Translations under genes and position numbers: made by a program | The notes under the pieces: generated by a model | Seen by the model: the letters and a program-made list of their open reading frames with translations, nothing else | Databases searched by the model: none | What the model was told of the DNA's origin: nothing | Assembly: GCA_035465395.1 (NCBI GenBank) | Contig: DATHRK010000102.1 | Span: forward strand, 191 to 64,190 | Reading direction: 5' to 3' | Length of the DNA stretch: 64,000 nucleotides | Origin: Longimicrobiales bacterium | GTDB lineage: Bacteria > Gemmatimonadota > Gemmatimonadetes > Longimicrobiales > RSA9 | Shown: positions 21,108 to 31,068 of the stretch, in pieces | How positions within the stretch are numbered: position 1 is the stretch's first letter | How the letters are laid out: every line of letters begins with the position of its first letter

Positions 21108-22378
21108 GCCGCCGCCCGCCTGCGGCGGTTCCGGCGCGCCGCCACCTGGCGTCGCCGCTCGGCCTGCGTGCGCCTCTCGCGGCCGCGCGCTTCCTCGTCC
21201 GCCGCGCGCGCGAGCGAGATCAGCAGCCCGGCCGCCGCGAGGCAGACGATCAAGCTCGAGCGGCCGTACGACAGGAACGGCAGCGTGAGGCCGGTCGTCG
21301 GCACGAGCGCCAGGTTGACCGCCATGTGCAGCAGCGCCTGGACGACGATGAGATTCGTCAGCCCGATCGCGAGCAACGCTTCGAACGGACCCGCGGAGCG
21401 CCGGGCGATGCGGTACCCGATGAGAGCGAACGCGACGAACGCGGCCAGGATCGCGGCGGTGCCGAGCAGCCCCCACTCCTCGCCGATCATCGCGAACAGG
21501 AAGTCGTTGTGGGGCTCGGGCAGGAAGCCGAACTTCTGCTGGCCACGCCCCACTCCCCGTCCCAGCCACCCGCCGCTGCCGACCGCGATGAGCGCCTGGT
21601 TGATCTGGTAGGCCACGCCGCCGGTGTCTCCGGCCGGATCCAGGAACGCGGCGACCCGGCCCGCGCGGTACGTCGCCCCGCTGATCTGGTGCAGCGCGAG
21701 CGGCGTCCCGACCAGCCCCAGGGCCACGAAATGGGCGGGCCGGCCGCCTGCCGCGAATACCACGAGCGAGGCGAGCATTACGAGGAGCGCCGCCGAGGAG
21801 TAGTCCGGCTGCAGGACGAGGAGCAGCGCGAGGCCGCCCCACACCAGCAGGAACGGCAGCAGCCCCCGGCTGAGGCTGCGTAGCAGCTCGCGCTTGCGCA
21901 CGGCGAGCGCCGCGGTCCACACGATCACCGCCAGCTTCGCAAACTCCACCGGCTGGATCGTGAGGGGCCCGATCGAGAGCCACCGCCGCGCGCCGTTCAC
22001 GCGGGGCGCGATGGTCTCGGTGCCGGGCAGGATCGTGATCAGCAGCAGGACCCCCGACGCCGCCAGAATGGGCCAGGCGAGCGCCCGCAGCAGCGCCGGC
22101 CGAACCTGGGCGCATATCACCAGGGCCAGCAGGCCGGCGGCGCCACCCAGCGCCTGGCGCACCACGAAATGGTAGTCGGGCAGGCCGCGAGACTGCGCCA
22201 TTACGGCGCTGGCGCTGTACACCATCACCAGCCCGAACGCGAGCAGCGCGAGCGTGAGGATCAGCAGCGCGGGGGCCTCCCAGCCGCCCGGGCCCGGCGG
22301 TTCCGGACGCTCGGTGCCGAGCGCATCCATGCCGCGGCGCAGCCGCTCGCGCGCCGCCGACAGGGGCCGCGCGCTCAC
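21104..22378 (-). CDS. ftsW: SEDS-family peptidoglycan polymerase FtsW
   Basis: About ten TM segments and SEDS motifs (PEPHNDFLFAMIGEEWG, LVPTTGLTLPFLSYG). GTG 22378 overlaps the murD stop (GTGA). An alternative ATG is at 22330. Confidence 0.85.
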   Translation of the reverse strand: MSARPLSAARERLRRGMDALGTERPEPPGPGGWEAPALLILTLALLAFGLVMVYSASAVMAQSRGLPDYHFVVRQALGGAAGLLALVICAQVRPALLRALAWPILAASGVLLLITILPGTETIAPRVNGARRWLSIGPLTIQPVEFAKLAVIVWTAALAVRKRELLRSLSRGLLPFLLVWGGLALLLVLQPDYSSAALLVMLASLVVFAAGGRPAHFVALGLVGTPLALHQISGATYRAGRVAAFLDPAGDTGGVAYQINQALIAVGSGGWLGRGVGRGQQKFGFLPEPHNDFLFAMIGEEWGLLGTAAILAAFVAFALIGYRIARRSAGPFEALLAIGLTNLIVVQALLHMAVNLALVPTTGLTLPFLSYGRSSLIVCLAAAGLLISLARAADEEARGRERRTQAERRRQVAARRNRRRRAAA

Positions 22379-23760
22379 GCGGCCTCCCCCGCCCGGGCGA
22401 AGCGCGCGAAACGCTCGCCGCGCTCGGCGTAGTCGCGGAACATGTCGTAGCTGGAGCACGCCGGCGCGAGGAGGATCGCGTCGCCCGGCCGCGCGAGCTC
22501 CTCGGCGCGCGCCAGAATGTCCTCGAAGTCGCCCGCGACCCGCTCGACCTCGACGGCGTCGCCGAGGTCGGCGGCGATCCTGTCGGCCGCGGCGCCGTAG
22601 GCCAGCACGACGCGCGCGTGCTCCCTCAGGGCGGGCGCCAGCGAGGAGTACGGCTCGTTCTTGTGCACGCCGCCGAGCAGCACGACCCCCGGCCCCGGCA
22701 GGCTGCGGATGGCCACCTCGGCGGACGCCACGTTGGTCGCCTTGGAGTCGTTGATCCAGCGGATCCCGTCCCGGTCCGCCACGGTCTCCAGCCTGTGCTC
22801 GAGCGGCCGCGCGGACCGCAGCCCATCCCGGATCGCCTCCAGCGGGGCTCCCACGAGATCGGCGGCCACCGCCGCGAAGAGCGCGTTGGCGACGTTGTGC
22901 ACGCCCAGGAGCGGCAGCTCGTGCTGCGGGACCAACTCCTTCTCCCCCCTCTCACCCCGCAGCACGAGCTGACCGTCTTGCTCCAGCCACCCTCCCCGCT
23001 CATCCGCCCCGGGCGTGCTCGCCACGCGCACGAAGCGACGATCGCCCGGCGCGTCGCCGGCGAGGGCGATCACGTCCCGATCCTCGGCGTTCAGGATCCA
23101 GCGGCTTTCGGCGCTGGCGTTCCGGAAGAGGTTCCGCTTGTCCGCGTAGTAGGCGGCGACGTCCTCGTACCGGTCGAGGTGGTCGGGCGACAGGTTGGTG
23201 ACGGCGCCTATGTCCGGCGAGAAGGTGTCGACGTCGGCGAGCTGGAAGGAGCTCGCCTCGACCACGACCCAGTCGGGCTGCACCTCGCGGAGCGCCACCT
23301 CGCCCAGGGGCGCGCCGATGTTGCCCGCCGCCGGCGCGTCGATGCCGGCTGCACCGAGGAGCTGCGAGGTCAGCGCGGTCGTCGTCGACTTGCCGTTCGT
23401 ACCGGTCACGGCGACGACGCCCCCCCGCAGAGAGCGGTAGCTGAACTCCAGCTCCGACACGCGCGGCACGTCGGCCAGCGCGGGATCGCGGAGGATCGAA
23501 GCCGTGGGCGGGATGCCCGGGCTGACCACGAGCAGGTCGCACGCGGCGAGGCGGGCCGCCGTGTGCCCGCCCAGCTCGGCGTCGCCCCCCAGCCGCCTGA
23601 TCTCGGCAGCCGCCGCCCGCAGCTCGGGAGTCTCGCCCGCGTCGGAAGCGAACACGCGCCGTCCCTGGCGGAGCGCCAGCAGCGCGGCCACACGTCCCGA
23701 GCGTGCCAGGCCCAGGACGCCGACGCTGCGGGGGTCGGCGGCGAGCGACGGGTGCGCCAT
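22375..23760 (-). CDS. murD: UDP-N-acetylmuramoylalanine--D-glutamate ligase
   Basis: In-frame ATG 23760 (MAHPSLAADPRSVGVLGLARSG). VAVTGTNGKSTTT P-loop and WINDSKATN motif. Confidence 0.9.
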   Translation of the reverse strand: MAHPSLAADPRSVGVLGLARSGRVAALLALRQGRRVFASDAGETPELRAAAAEIRRLGGDAELGGHTAARLAACDLLVVSPGIPPTASILRDPALADVPRVSELEFSYRSLRGGVVAVTGTNGKSTTTALTSQLLGAAGIDAPAAGNIGAPLGEVALREVQPDWVVVEASSFQLADVDTFSPDIGAVTNLSPDHLDRYEDVAAYYADKRNLFRNASAESRWILNAEDRDVIALAGDAPGDRRFVRVASTPGADERGGWLEQDGQLVLRGERGEKELVPQHELPLLGVHNVANALFAAVAADLVGAPLEAIRDGLRSARPLEHRLETVADRDGIRWINDSKATNVASAEVAIRSLPGPGVVLLGGVHKNEPYSSLAPALREHARVVLAYGAAADRIAADLGDAVEVERVAGDFEDILARAEELARPGDAILLAPACSSYDMFRDYAERGERFARFARAGEAA

Positions 23761-24866
23761 CACCGGATCTTCAGGCTGCTGAGGGCGAGCAGGCTGGACA
23801 GGACGCCCAGGATCCAGAAGCGCGCGATGATCTTGCTCTCTTCCCAGCCGAGCTTCTCGAAGTGGTGGTGGAGTGGCGCCATCTTGAGGAGCCGGCGCCC
23901 CCGCCCGCGCACCCGCGCGGTCCACTTGAAGTAGGTGACCTGGGCCATCACGCTGATCGCCTCGGCCACGAACACCGCTCCGGCGAGCGCGAGCAGGAAC
24001 TCCGCCTTCAGCAGCACGGCCACGACCCCGAACGCGCCGCCCAGCGCCAGCGACCCGGTGTCCCCCATGAAGACATCGGCCGGGTGGGCGTTGAACCAGA
24101 GGAAGCCGAGCGATGCGCCCGCCAGCGCCGCGCAGAAGATCGCGAGCTCCCCCGCCCCGGGCAGGTAGAGCAGCCCGAGATAGGCCGACGCGTCCGCGCG
24201 CCCGATCAGGTACGCCAGCACAGCGAAGGTGGCCGCGGCGATGGCGGCCAGGCCGGCCGCCAGCCCGTCCAGGCCGTCGGTGAGGTTGACGGCGTTGGAG
24301 CTGCCCGTGATCACCAGCATCACCCATGGCAGGTACAGCGCCTTCCACATCACCAGCATGTAGTCGGCGAGGAAGGGCACCTGCGTCGCGTTCGGCGGAA
24401 ACGGGCTGATGGGCCGACTCATCAGGTAGATACCCACGAGCAGGCCAAGTCCCCCCTGTCCGAGGATCTTGTACCGACCCACCAGCCCTTCCGTCCTGCG
24501 CCGGATCACCTTCAGGTAGTCGTCGAGGAAGCCGATCGCGCCCGTGCCGATGGTCACGCCCAGCGCCAGCAGCGTGAACGGCGTCGTGAGATCGGCCCAG
24601 AGCAACGTGCCGAGCAGCGCGGCGCCGACGATCAGCAAGCCGCCCATGGTGGGCGTGCCCGCCTTGCCCAGGTGCGTCTGCGGGCCGTCATCGCGCACGA
24701 TCTGACCTACGCGCAGCCGCGTGAGCCACCGGATCACCGCCGGTCCCAGCACGAAGGACAGCACGATCGCCGTCGCTGCCGCCATGCCCGCCCGGAACGT
24801 GATGTAGCGGAACAGATTGAAGACGATGTGTCGATCCGCGAGCGGGGCGAGCCAGTGAAAGAGCAT
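23760..24866 (-). CDS. mraY: phospho-N-acetylmuramoyl-pentapeptide transferase
   Basis: 368 aa polytopic protein. GLLDDYLKV-like (FLDDYLKVIRRR), NAVNLTDGLDGLA and APLHHHFE motifs. Confidence 0.95.
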   Translation of the reverse strand: MLFHWLAPLADRHIVFNLFRYITFRAGMAAATAIVLSFVLGPAVIRWLTRLRVGQIVRDDGPQTHLGKAGTPTMGGLLIVGAALLGTLLWADLTTPFTLLALGVTIGTGAIGFLDDYLKVIRRRTEGLVGRYKILGQGGLGLLVGIYLMSRPISPFPPNATQVPFLADYMLVMWKALYLPWVMLVITGSSNAVNLTDGLDGLAAGLAAIAAATFAVLAYLIGRADASAYLGLLYLPGAGELAIFCAALAGASLGFLWFNAHPADVFMGDTGSLALGGAFGVVAVLLKAEFLLALAGAVFVAEAISVMAQVTYFKWTARVRGRGRRLLKMAPLHHHFEKLGWEESKIIARFWILGVLSSLLALSSLKIR

Positions 24867-26293
24867 CAGTGCTGCTCTCCCCTCTCCCCGTTCTCCTCCA
24901 CCGACTCACCCCGACCCACGGATTCGAGGATCGGCAGCAGCCGCTCCAGCGCGACGCCGCGCGATCCCTTCAGCAGCACCACCTCGTCCCCCCCGAGCCG
25001 CTCCGCGAGCACGTCGCCGGCCCGCAGGGGGTCCTCCTCGTCGATCACCTCCGGCGCACCGCTTGTCCCGTCGAAAGCGCCGGCGAAGGCGCCCGTCGCG
25101 ATTACGAGGTCGATGTCCAGGGCGGCGATCCGCCGCGCGGTACGAGCGTGCAGGTCGGCCGCGGCCGGGCCCAGCTCCAGCATCGACCCCAGGACGACGA
25201 CGCGGCCTCCGCCGCGCGGAAGCTCGGCCAGCAACCCCGCGGCGGCCTCGGTGCTCGACGGGTTGGCGTTGTAGCAGTCGGCGAGCACGCGGAGGTCGCC
25301 GTAGCGGATCAACTCGGTGCGCAGCTTGGGCGGCTCGAGCGCTTCCAGGGCGGCGATCGCGCCGTCGGCCTCGACGCCCCAGCCGGTGCCCACGCCGAGT
25401 GCCAGCAGGGCGCTGCGAACGTGGTGGCGGCCCCGGTACCGCATCCGCACCTCCCTATCCCCCCACAGGAACCGGGACCGCCCATCCGCGTCCATTTCCA
25501 CGTCGCGCGCGCGCAGACCTTCGTCGGCGCGCTGCGTGCACCCCGCCACGTGCACGATGTCCGCCAGCTCACGCGCGCGTTCGGCGAGCTCCGGCGGCTC
25601 CTCTCCCACGTACGCCGATCCGCCGGCGCGGAGGGACTCCACGAGGGCGAGCTTCTCCCGCATCACCCCCTCCACATCCCCGAGGCCCTCGAGGTGCCCC
25701 TCCGCGACCGTCGTGATGACCGCTACGTCCGGCTCCGTGATCGCGCCGAGCCGGGCGATCTCGCCCGGGGCGTTCGTGCCGACCTCGACGACCAGCACGT
25801 CGGCGTCGTCGGGAGCCGAGAGCAGCGTCTGCGGCGTGCCTACCAGGTTGTTCAGGTTGGCCGCGGTCGCGTGCACGCGGTACCGCGCACCGAGGACCGC
25901 CCGGGCCATGTCCTTCGTCGTCGTCTTGCCGTTGGTGCCCGTGATCGCACAGACCCGCGCCGAGAGCGACCGACGCCGCTCGCGGCCCAGGCCTCCCAGC
26001 GCCGCCAGCGTGTCGTCGACGACCCAGTAGTCGGGGCCCGTCGGTGCGTCCGAGGCACGGGCCTCCCAGAAGCGGCGGTCCACCACCACACCCCCCACGT
26101 CCCGCGCCACCGCTTCCAGGAGGAACTCGTGCCCGTCGAACCGGTCCCCGCGGAGCGCCACGAACAGCGCGCCCGCCGCGAGTGTCCGGGTGTCCGTCTC
26201 CACGGCCGTATAGGCGGCCGGGCCGTCGCCCGCCCGAGCGATCTCGACGCCGAGCGCGCGCGCCACGCGAGGCCGCGTCCAGAAGCCGCTCAC
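24866..26293 (-). CDS. murF: UDP-MurNAc-tripeptide--D-Ala-D-Ala ligase
   Basis: GTG 26293 overlaps the murE stop (GTGA). ALRGDRFDGHEF and ITGTNGKTTTKDM P-loop. Position between murE and mraY. Confidence 0.9.
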   Translation of the reverse strand: MSGFWTRPRVARALGVEIARAGDGPAAYTAVETDTRTLAAGALFVALRGDRFDGHEFLLEAVARDVGGVVVDRRFWEARASDAPTGPDYWVVDDTLAALGGLGRERRRSLSARVCAITGTNGKTTTKDMARAVLGARYRVHATAANLNNLVGTPQTLLSAPDDADVLVVEVGTNAPGEIARLGAITEPDVAVITTVAEGHLEGLGDVEGVMREKLALVESLRAGGSAYVGEEPPELAERARELADIVHVAGCTQRADEGLRARDVEMDADGRSRFLWGDREVRMRYRGRHHVRSALLALGVGTGWGVEADGAIAALEALEPPKLRTELIRYGDLRVLADCYNANPSSTEAAAGLLAELPRGGGRVVVLGSMLELGPAAADLHARTARRIAALDIDLVIATGAFAGAFDGTSGAPEVIDEEDPLRAGDVLAERLGGDEVVLLKGSRGVALERLLPILESVGRGESVEENGERGEQH

Positions 26294-27804
26294 CACTCGC
26301 CTCCTCCGTTGGCCGCGAGCGGCGGCTCCGGCGCCGGCAGGCCCTCGGCCGCCGCCTCGGCGAGCAGCTCGGCGACCACCTCCCTCTCGTCGAAAGGCAC
26401 GCTCTCGGTGCCGAAGAGCTGGTTGGTCTCGTGGCCCTTTCCGGCGAGGAGCACGAGGTCCCCCGCGCGCGCCCGCTCGAGCGCCATCCGGATGGCCTCG
26501 CGGCGGTCCACCTCGCGCAGATAGCCGGCGTCCATTCCGGCCGTGATGTCGTCCAGGATGCGCTCGGGGTCCTCCGTGCGCGGGTTGTCCGACGTCACGA
26601 TCGCGATGTCGGCGGCCTTCTGGACGGCGCCCCCCATCTCGGGGCGCTTGCCGCGATCCCGATCGCCGCCGGCTCCGAACACGACGATCAGCCGTCCGGC
26701 GACCAACGGACGCAGCGCCTCCAGTACCCGCTCCAGGGCCTCCGGAGAGTGCGCGTAATCGCGCAGCACGGGACACGGTGTCGTGGCGATGCGCTCGAGC
26801 CGGCCGGGCGTCTGCGGCAGGGTCTGCAGCCGCTCCGCGATCTCCCTGCCGGGCCGACCCAGCGCGAGCGCGCAGGTCGCGGCCGCGAGGGCGTTCTCCA
26901 CGTTGAACGCGCCCAGCAGAGGCAGGGCCACCGGCCAGCCGCCGGCGGGCGTGGCCAGGCGGAAGTCGGTCCCCTCCTCGTGCGGCATGACGTCCTCGGC
27001 GCACACCGAGGCGCTCGCGGCCGTCGCGCTGAACGAAAGGCGCCGCAGGGGACGGCTCTCGATCGGCTCCCATGCCGGTTCGTCGGCGTTGTACACCACG
27101 ATCGCCTGCGGACCCAGCAGGTCCAGCAGCCGGAGCTTCGCCTCCAGGTAGGCGCTCTCCGAGCCGTGGTAGTCCAGGTGGTCCCGCGACAGGTTGGTGA
27201 AGGCCGCCACGTCGAATCGGAGCGCGTCGGCGCGGCCCTGATCCAGCGCGTGCGAGGAGACCTCCATCGCCACCGTCCGGATGCCCTTCTCGACGAGAGC
27301 CGCGAGGGTCCGTGCGAGGCCGACCGGCCCCGGGGTCGTGAGCGTGGAGTCGAGGAGGGGCTCGCCGTCCTCGCCGCGCACGCCGAGCGTCCCGATCGAC
27401 GCCGCGCCCTCGCCGACCAGCTGGCGCACGATGGCGACCGTCGTGCTCTTGCCGTTGGTGCCCGTCACGCCGACCAGCGTGAGCGCGTCGGCGGGGTCCT
27501 CGAAGGCCAGCGCGGCCGCGTGCGCCGCCGCCCGCCGTCCGTCGGTCACGAGGAGCTGCGGCACGTCGTCGGCCAACTGCCGCTCCACCAGCAGGCCAGC
27601 CGCGCCGGCCGCCACCGCTGCGTCGGCGAAGTCGTGCCCGTCGGCGCCGACGCCCTTCCAGGCGCAGAAGAGGTCCCCGGTGCCAACGACGCGGCTGTCC
27701 TCGGCGATTCCGGCGAGCGTCGCGTCGCCGCCGCTCCTGCCGCGCAGGAGGCCCCTGGCCTCGAGCCTCTCGGCGACCGCGTCCAGACGGAACGGCCGCG
27801 TCAT
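26290..27804 (-). CDS. murE: UDP-MurNAc-L-Ala-D-Glu--2,6-diaminopimelate ligase
   Basis: ATG 27804 (MTRPFRLDAV) overlaps the ftsI stop (ATGA). VTGTNGKSTT P-loop and GAGGDRDRGKRP with DNPRTEDP (meso-DAP-type DNPR motif). Confidence 0.9.
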   Translation of the reverse strand: MTRPFRLDAVAERLEARGLLRGRSGGDATLAGIAEDSRVVGTGDLFCAWKGVGADGHDFADAAVAAGAAGLLVERQLADDVPQLLVTDGRRAAAHAAALAFEDPADALTLVGVTGTNGKSTTVAIVRQLVGEGAASIGTLGVRGEDGEPLLDSTLTTPGPVGLARTLAALVEKGIRTVAMEVSSHALDQGRADALRFDVAAFTNLSRDHLDYHGSESAYLEAKLRLLDLLGPQAIVVYNADEPAWEPIESRPLRRLSFSATAASASVCAEDVMPHEEGTDFRLATPAGGWPVALPLLGAFNVENALAAATCALALGRPGREIAERLQTLPQTPGRLERIATTPCPVLRDYAHSPEALERVLEALRPLVAGRLIVVFGAGGDRDRGKRPEMGGAVQKAADIAIVTSDNPRTEDPERILDDITAGMDAGYLREVDRREAIRMALERARAGDLVLLAGKGHETNQLFGTESVPFDEREVVAELLAEAAAEGLPAPEPPLAANGGGEW

Positions 27805-29807
27805 CGCGAGGGCTCCGCGATGACCGTCACGATCCGGCCGGGGCCGACCGGGACGTCCGCCAGGGGCCGCGTCTCGCGCACCACGCCCTCGCCCTCCACG
27901 ACGACGCCCAGCCCCAGTCCGTGCAGGCGGCGGGCCGCGTCCCGCACCGGCAGCCCGCTCACGTCCGGGACCGGCACCAGCACTCCCGACTCGCCCGGGG
28001 CCGGCCGGGGGCCGTCCAGCGCGAGGACGAACGGCCCCGCGTTCCGAGCAGGCGACGATGCTCCCACCGCCGGGGCGCTGGACACCAGGCGGACGCCGTC
28101 CGCCGACCACGCGTCCGTGGGGCGGGCCAGGGGTCGCCGGTCGATCGGCGCCGCCCGCGCGGCGAGCAGCGCGGCGAGGGTCTCGCGCGAGACCGGGGCG
28201 GCGGTGGCCCCGCCGTAGTAGGCCCCGCCGGTCGGCTCGTCCAGCTTCACCAGGATCACGAGCTGCGGATCGACCGCCGGAAAGAAGCCGACGAACGTCG
28301 CCGTGTAGGCGCCGGTGCGATAGACGCCGCCCGCGGTCCGGCGCGCCGTGCCCGTCTTGCCGGCCACGGTGAACTCGCCGAGCGACGCACGCTTCCCGGT
28401 CCCGTCGCGGACGACGTCGGCGAGCGCCTCGCCGATCTGGCCCGCGACGCCTTCGGAGACGACCCTGCGGAGCCGGTTGCGCTCGACCGAGCGCACCGCG
28501 CGGCCGTCGGTGCGGCGCACCTCGCGCAGCAGGCGCGGCTCCACGAGGGTGCCGCCGTTCGCCAGCGCGGCGTACCCCATGGCGAGCTGCAGCGGCGTGA
28601 CGGCGACCTCGTAGCCCATCGCCAGACTGGCGCGCGTGTAGGCGGACCAGCGGCCGGGGCGCCGCAGGGTTCCCGACGCCTCGGACGGGTACGGCACGCC
28701 GGTGGGCGAGCCCAGCCCGAACCCACGGAGGCCGTCGTACTGCTGCGCCGGCTCGAGCAGGTCCGACAGCTTCGCCATCGCGATGTTGGACGAGTAGCGC
28801 AGCGCGTCGTGGACGGTCAGCCAGCCGTACCCGTGCACGTCGCGGATGGTGCGGCCGCGCGCCGTGTACACGCCGTGCTCGGCGAACACGCTGTCGTCCA
28901 TCGCCGCGCGCCGGTTCTCGAGCAGCGCGGCCACCGTGAATGGCTTCAGCGTGGAGCCGGGCTCATACGGGTCGGTCACGCCGGTCCAGTGGCGATTGCC
29001 GTCGCGCTGGCGGCTCGCGGCCGCAAGGATGTCCCCGTTCCAGGGGTCGATCAGCAGGAGGTCGCCGCCGCTGGCGTTGTTGTCCCGCACCGCGTCTCGC
29101 AGCGCCTCGTGCGCGATCTCCTGCAGGTCGACGTCGATCGTCAGGACGACGTCGTTCCCGGCCACCGGCTCCGCGACGCGCAGCTCCACCCCGGGGATCG
29201 GTCTACCGGTCGCGTCCCTTCGTACCACCGCGGACCCCTCCTGTCCGCGCAGGAGCGTATCCAGCTCCTGCTCCACGCCCCCGAGCGGGCGCCCGTCGCC
29301 GGAGAGGCGACCCAGAACCTCGAGCCCGAGCTCGCCGTGCGGATGGAACCGCTCCAGCACGCGCTCGAAGTAGACGCCCCGCACGTCGGCGAGGCGCTCC
29401 CGCACGGGGGCGCCGTAGCGATTGGGCAGAACGACCCAGCTTCGCTTGGGGTCCACGGCGCGACGCGCGCGCCGCCGGTCGATACCCAAGGCCTCCACCA
29501 GGGCATCGGCCGTCCCGTCGGGATCCCGCAGCTCGCGAGGAGCCACGGAGATGCGAAAGGCTTCCTGGCTGACGGCGAGAGGCACGCCCTCGCGGTCGTA
29601 GATGGTTCCACGCGGCGCGGGCAGGGCCCGGCGCGCGGCATGCTGTCCCTCGGCCCGCGATTGCCAATCCGCCGTCTGCACCGCCTGCAGCTGGACGACC
29701 CGCGCGGCGATCAGGAGTCCGCCTCCGAGCAGCGCGGCGAGGAGCGTGATGCGTCGTAGTCGGCCCACCGGCGCCGCGTCCGAGCCACCCCGCCGCGCGC
29801 GGCTCAC
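27801..29807 (-). CDS. ftsI: class B penicillin-binding protein FtsI with C-terminal PASTA domain
   Basis: N-terminal TM, STLKP (SxxK), SSN and KTGT transpeptidase motifs. C-terminal VPVPDVSGLPVRDAARRLHGLGLGVVVEGEGVVRETRPLADVPVGPGRIVTVIA matches the PASTA pattern. Confidence 0.9.
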   Translation of the reverse strand: MSRARRGGSDAAPVGRLRRITLLAALLGGGLLIAARVVQLQAVQTADWQSRAEGQHAARRALPAPRGTIYDREGVPLAVSQEAFRISVAPRELRDPDGTADALVEALGIDRRRARRAVDPKRSWVVLPNRYGAPVRERLADVRGVYFERVLERFHPHGELGLEVLGRLSGDGRPLGGVEQELDTLLRGQEGSAVVRRDATGRPIPGVELRVAEPVAGNDVVLTIDVDLQEIAHEALRDAVRDNNASGGDLLLIDPWNGDILAAASRQRDGNRHWTGVTDPYEPGSTLKPFTVAALLENRRAAMDDSVFAEHGVYTARGRTIRDVHGYGWLTVHDALRYSSNIAMAKLSDLLEPAQQYDGLRGFGLGSPTGVPYPSEASGTLRRPGRWSAYTRASLAMGYEVAVTPLQLAMGYAALANGGTLVEPRLLREVRRTDGRAVRSVERNRLRRVVSEGVAGQIGEALADVVRDGTGKRASLGEFTVAGKTGTARRTAGGVYRTGAYTATFVGFFPAVDPQLVILVKLDEPTGGAYYGGATAAPVSRETLAALLAARAAPIDRRPLARPTDAWSADGVRLVSSAPAVGASSPARNAGPFVLALDGPRPAPGESGVLVPVPDVSGLPVRDAARRLHGLGLGVVVEGEGVVRETRPLADVPVGPGRIVTVIAEPSR

Positions 29808-30142
29808 TCGCCCTCCCCGAAGGTCGAGCCCGGTGGGTCGGAGTCGATCTGCAGTAGGACGAGCTCGTCGGATCCGGTCGGCACGTGCAGGCCCAGATGC
29901 GCCCGCGCGAAGGGCTCCACCCGGCCGCGGCTCTCCAGGTACTGGATCTTCCGGGCCAGCTCGAAGTGCTCACCTTTCGCCAGGGCCAGCCCGCGCCGGA
30001 CCTCCTCCAGGGCGCGCAGCGACTCGAGTGCCCGGCTCTGACGCCACACCACGAGGCTCAGCGCCGCCAGCAGAGCCGCGAAGCCCAGCGCGATGCCCAG
30101 GCTCCCCAATCCGCGCCGCCGCGCGGGATCGGGCCGCGTCAC
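29804..30142 (-). CDS. ftsL: FtsL-like cell division protein
   Basis: 112 aa: short cytoplasmic tail, one TM (LGIALGFAALLAALSLVVW), then a coiled-coil segment. GTG 30142 overlaps the rsmH stop. Positional analogue of ftsL. Confidence 0.6.
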   Translation of the reverse strand: MTRPDPARRRGLGSLGIALGFAALLAALSLVVWRQSRALESLRALEEVRRGLALAKGEHFELARKIQYLESRGRVEPFARAHLGLHVPTGSDELVLLQIDSDPPGSTFGEGE

Positions 30143-31068
30143 GCGGCCTTGCGCCAGGCGCGCAGACGCGCGCTTCGCGATCGCGGGTTGGCGGCGACCT
30201 CGGCCGGTTCGGGCCGGATCGGCTTGCGGGTCAGCACGTCTCCGAGCCGTCGGCCTCGGCACGCACACACGGGCAACGCCGGCGGGCAGACGCAGTCGCG
30301 GCTCCACTCGCGGAACGAGTGCTTCACCGCGCGGTCCTCGAGGGAGTGGTACGACAGGACGGCCAGGATGCCGCCCGGCGCGAGCGCATCGCGCAGCTTC
30401 GGTAGCGCCCGCTCGAGCCGCTCGAGCTCGCCGTTGACGGCGATGCGGAGGGCCTGGAAGATGCGCGCCTTGTCGGCGGGCTTCATCGTCGGGCCGAGCG
30501 CGGCGCGCGCGGCACCCACGAGGTCGTCGCTCGTGGCGAAGGATCGGTTGGCCCGGCGGCGGACGATCTCCGCCGCGAGCCTGCGCGCGCGCGGTTCCTC
30601 CGCGTACGCGTGAAAAAGATCGGCCAGGGCGCCCTCGGACCATCCGTTGAGCACGTCCGCTCCGGTCGGACCGTGCTGCTCCTCCCCACCCATCCTCATA
30701 TCCAAGGGCGCGCCTGGCTCGAACGTGAATCCGCGGCCGGCGTCGTCCAGCTGCCTCGACGAGACGCCGAGGTCCAACAGCGCCCCGGCGAGCGGGACGT
30801 CGATCGCTTCGGCTGCGACGTCGAACTCGGAGCGTCGCACCTCGGCGCGGGGCCCGAAGCGGTCCAGACGCCGCCTCGCCTCCTCTACAGCAGCGGGATC
30901 CCGGTCCACCCCCATCACCCTCGCCTCCGCTCCGCGCTCGAGGATCGCCTCCGCGTGCCCACCGCCGCCCGCGGTCCCATCGAAGAACACCCCGCCCCGT
31001 TCGGGGACCAGCACCTCGAGGACTTCGCGCACCATCACCGGCGCGTGGAAGCCCCCGCCCGGGATCAC
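30139..31068 (-). CDS. rsmH: 16S rRNA (cytosine1402-N4)-methyltransferase
   Basis: GTG 31068 overlaps the mraZ stop (GTGA). HAPVMVREVL, DGTAGGGGH, DLGVSSRQLD, FQALRIAVNGEL and SYHSLEDR motifs. Confidence 0.9.
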   Translation of the reverse strand: MIPGGGFHAPVMVREVLEVLVPERGGVFFDGTAGGGGHAEAILERGAEARVMGVDRDPAAVEEARRRLDRFGPRAEVRRSEFDVAAEAIDVPLAGALLDLGVSSRQLDDAGRGFTFEPGAPLDMRMGGEEQHGPTGADVLNGWSEGALADLFHAYAEEPRARRLAAEIVRRRANRSFATSDDLVGAARAALGPTMKPADKARIFQALRIAVNGELERLERALPKLRDALAPGGILAVLSYHSLEDRAVKHSFREWSRDCVCPPALPVCACRGRRLGDVLTRKPIRPEPAEVAANPRSRSARLRAWRKAA

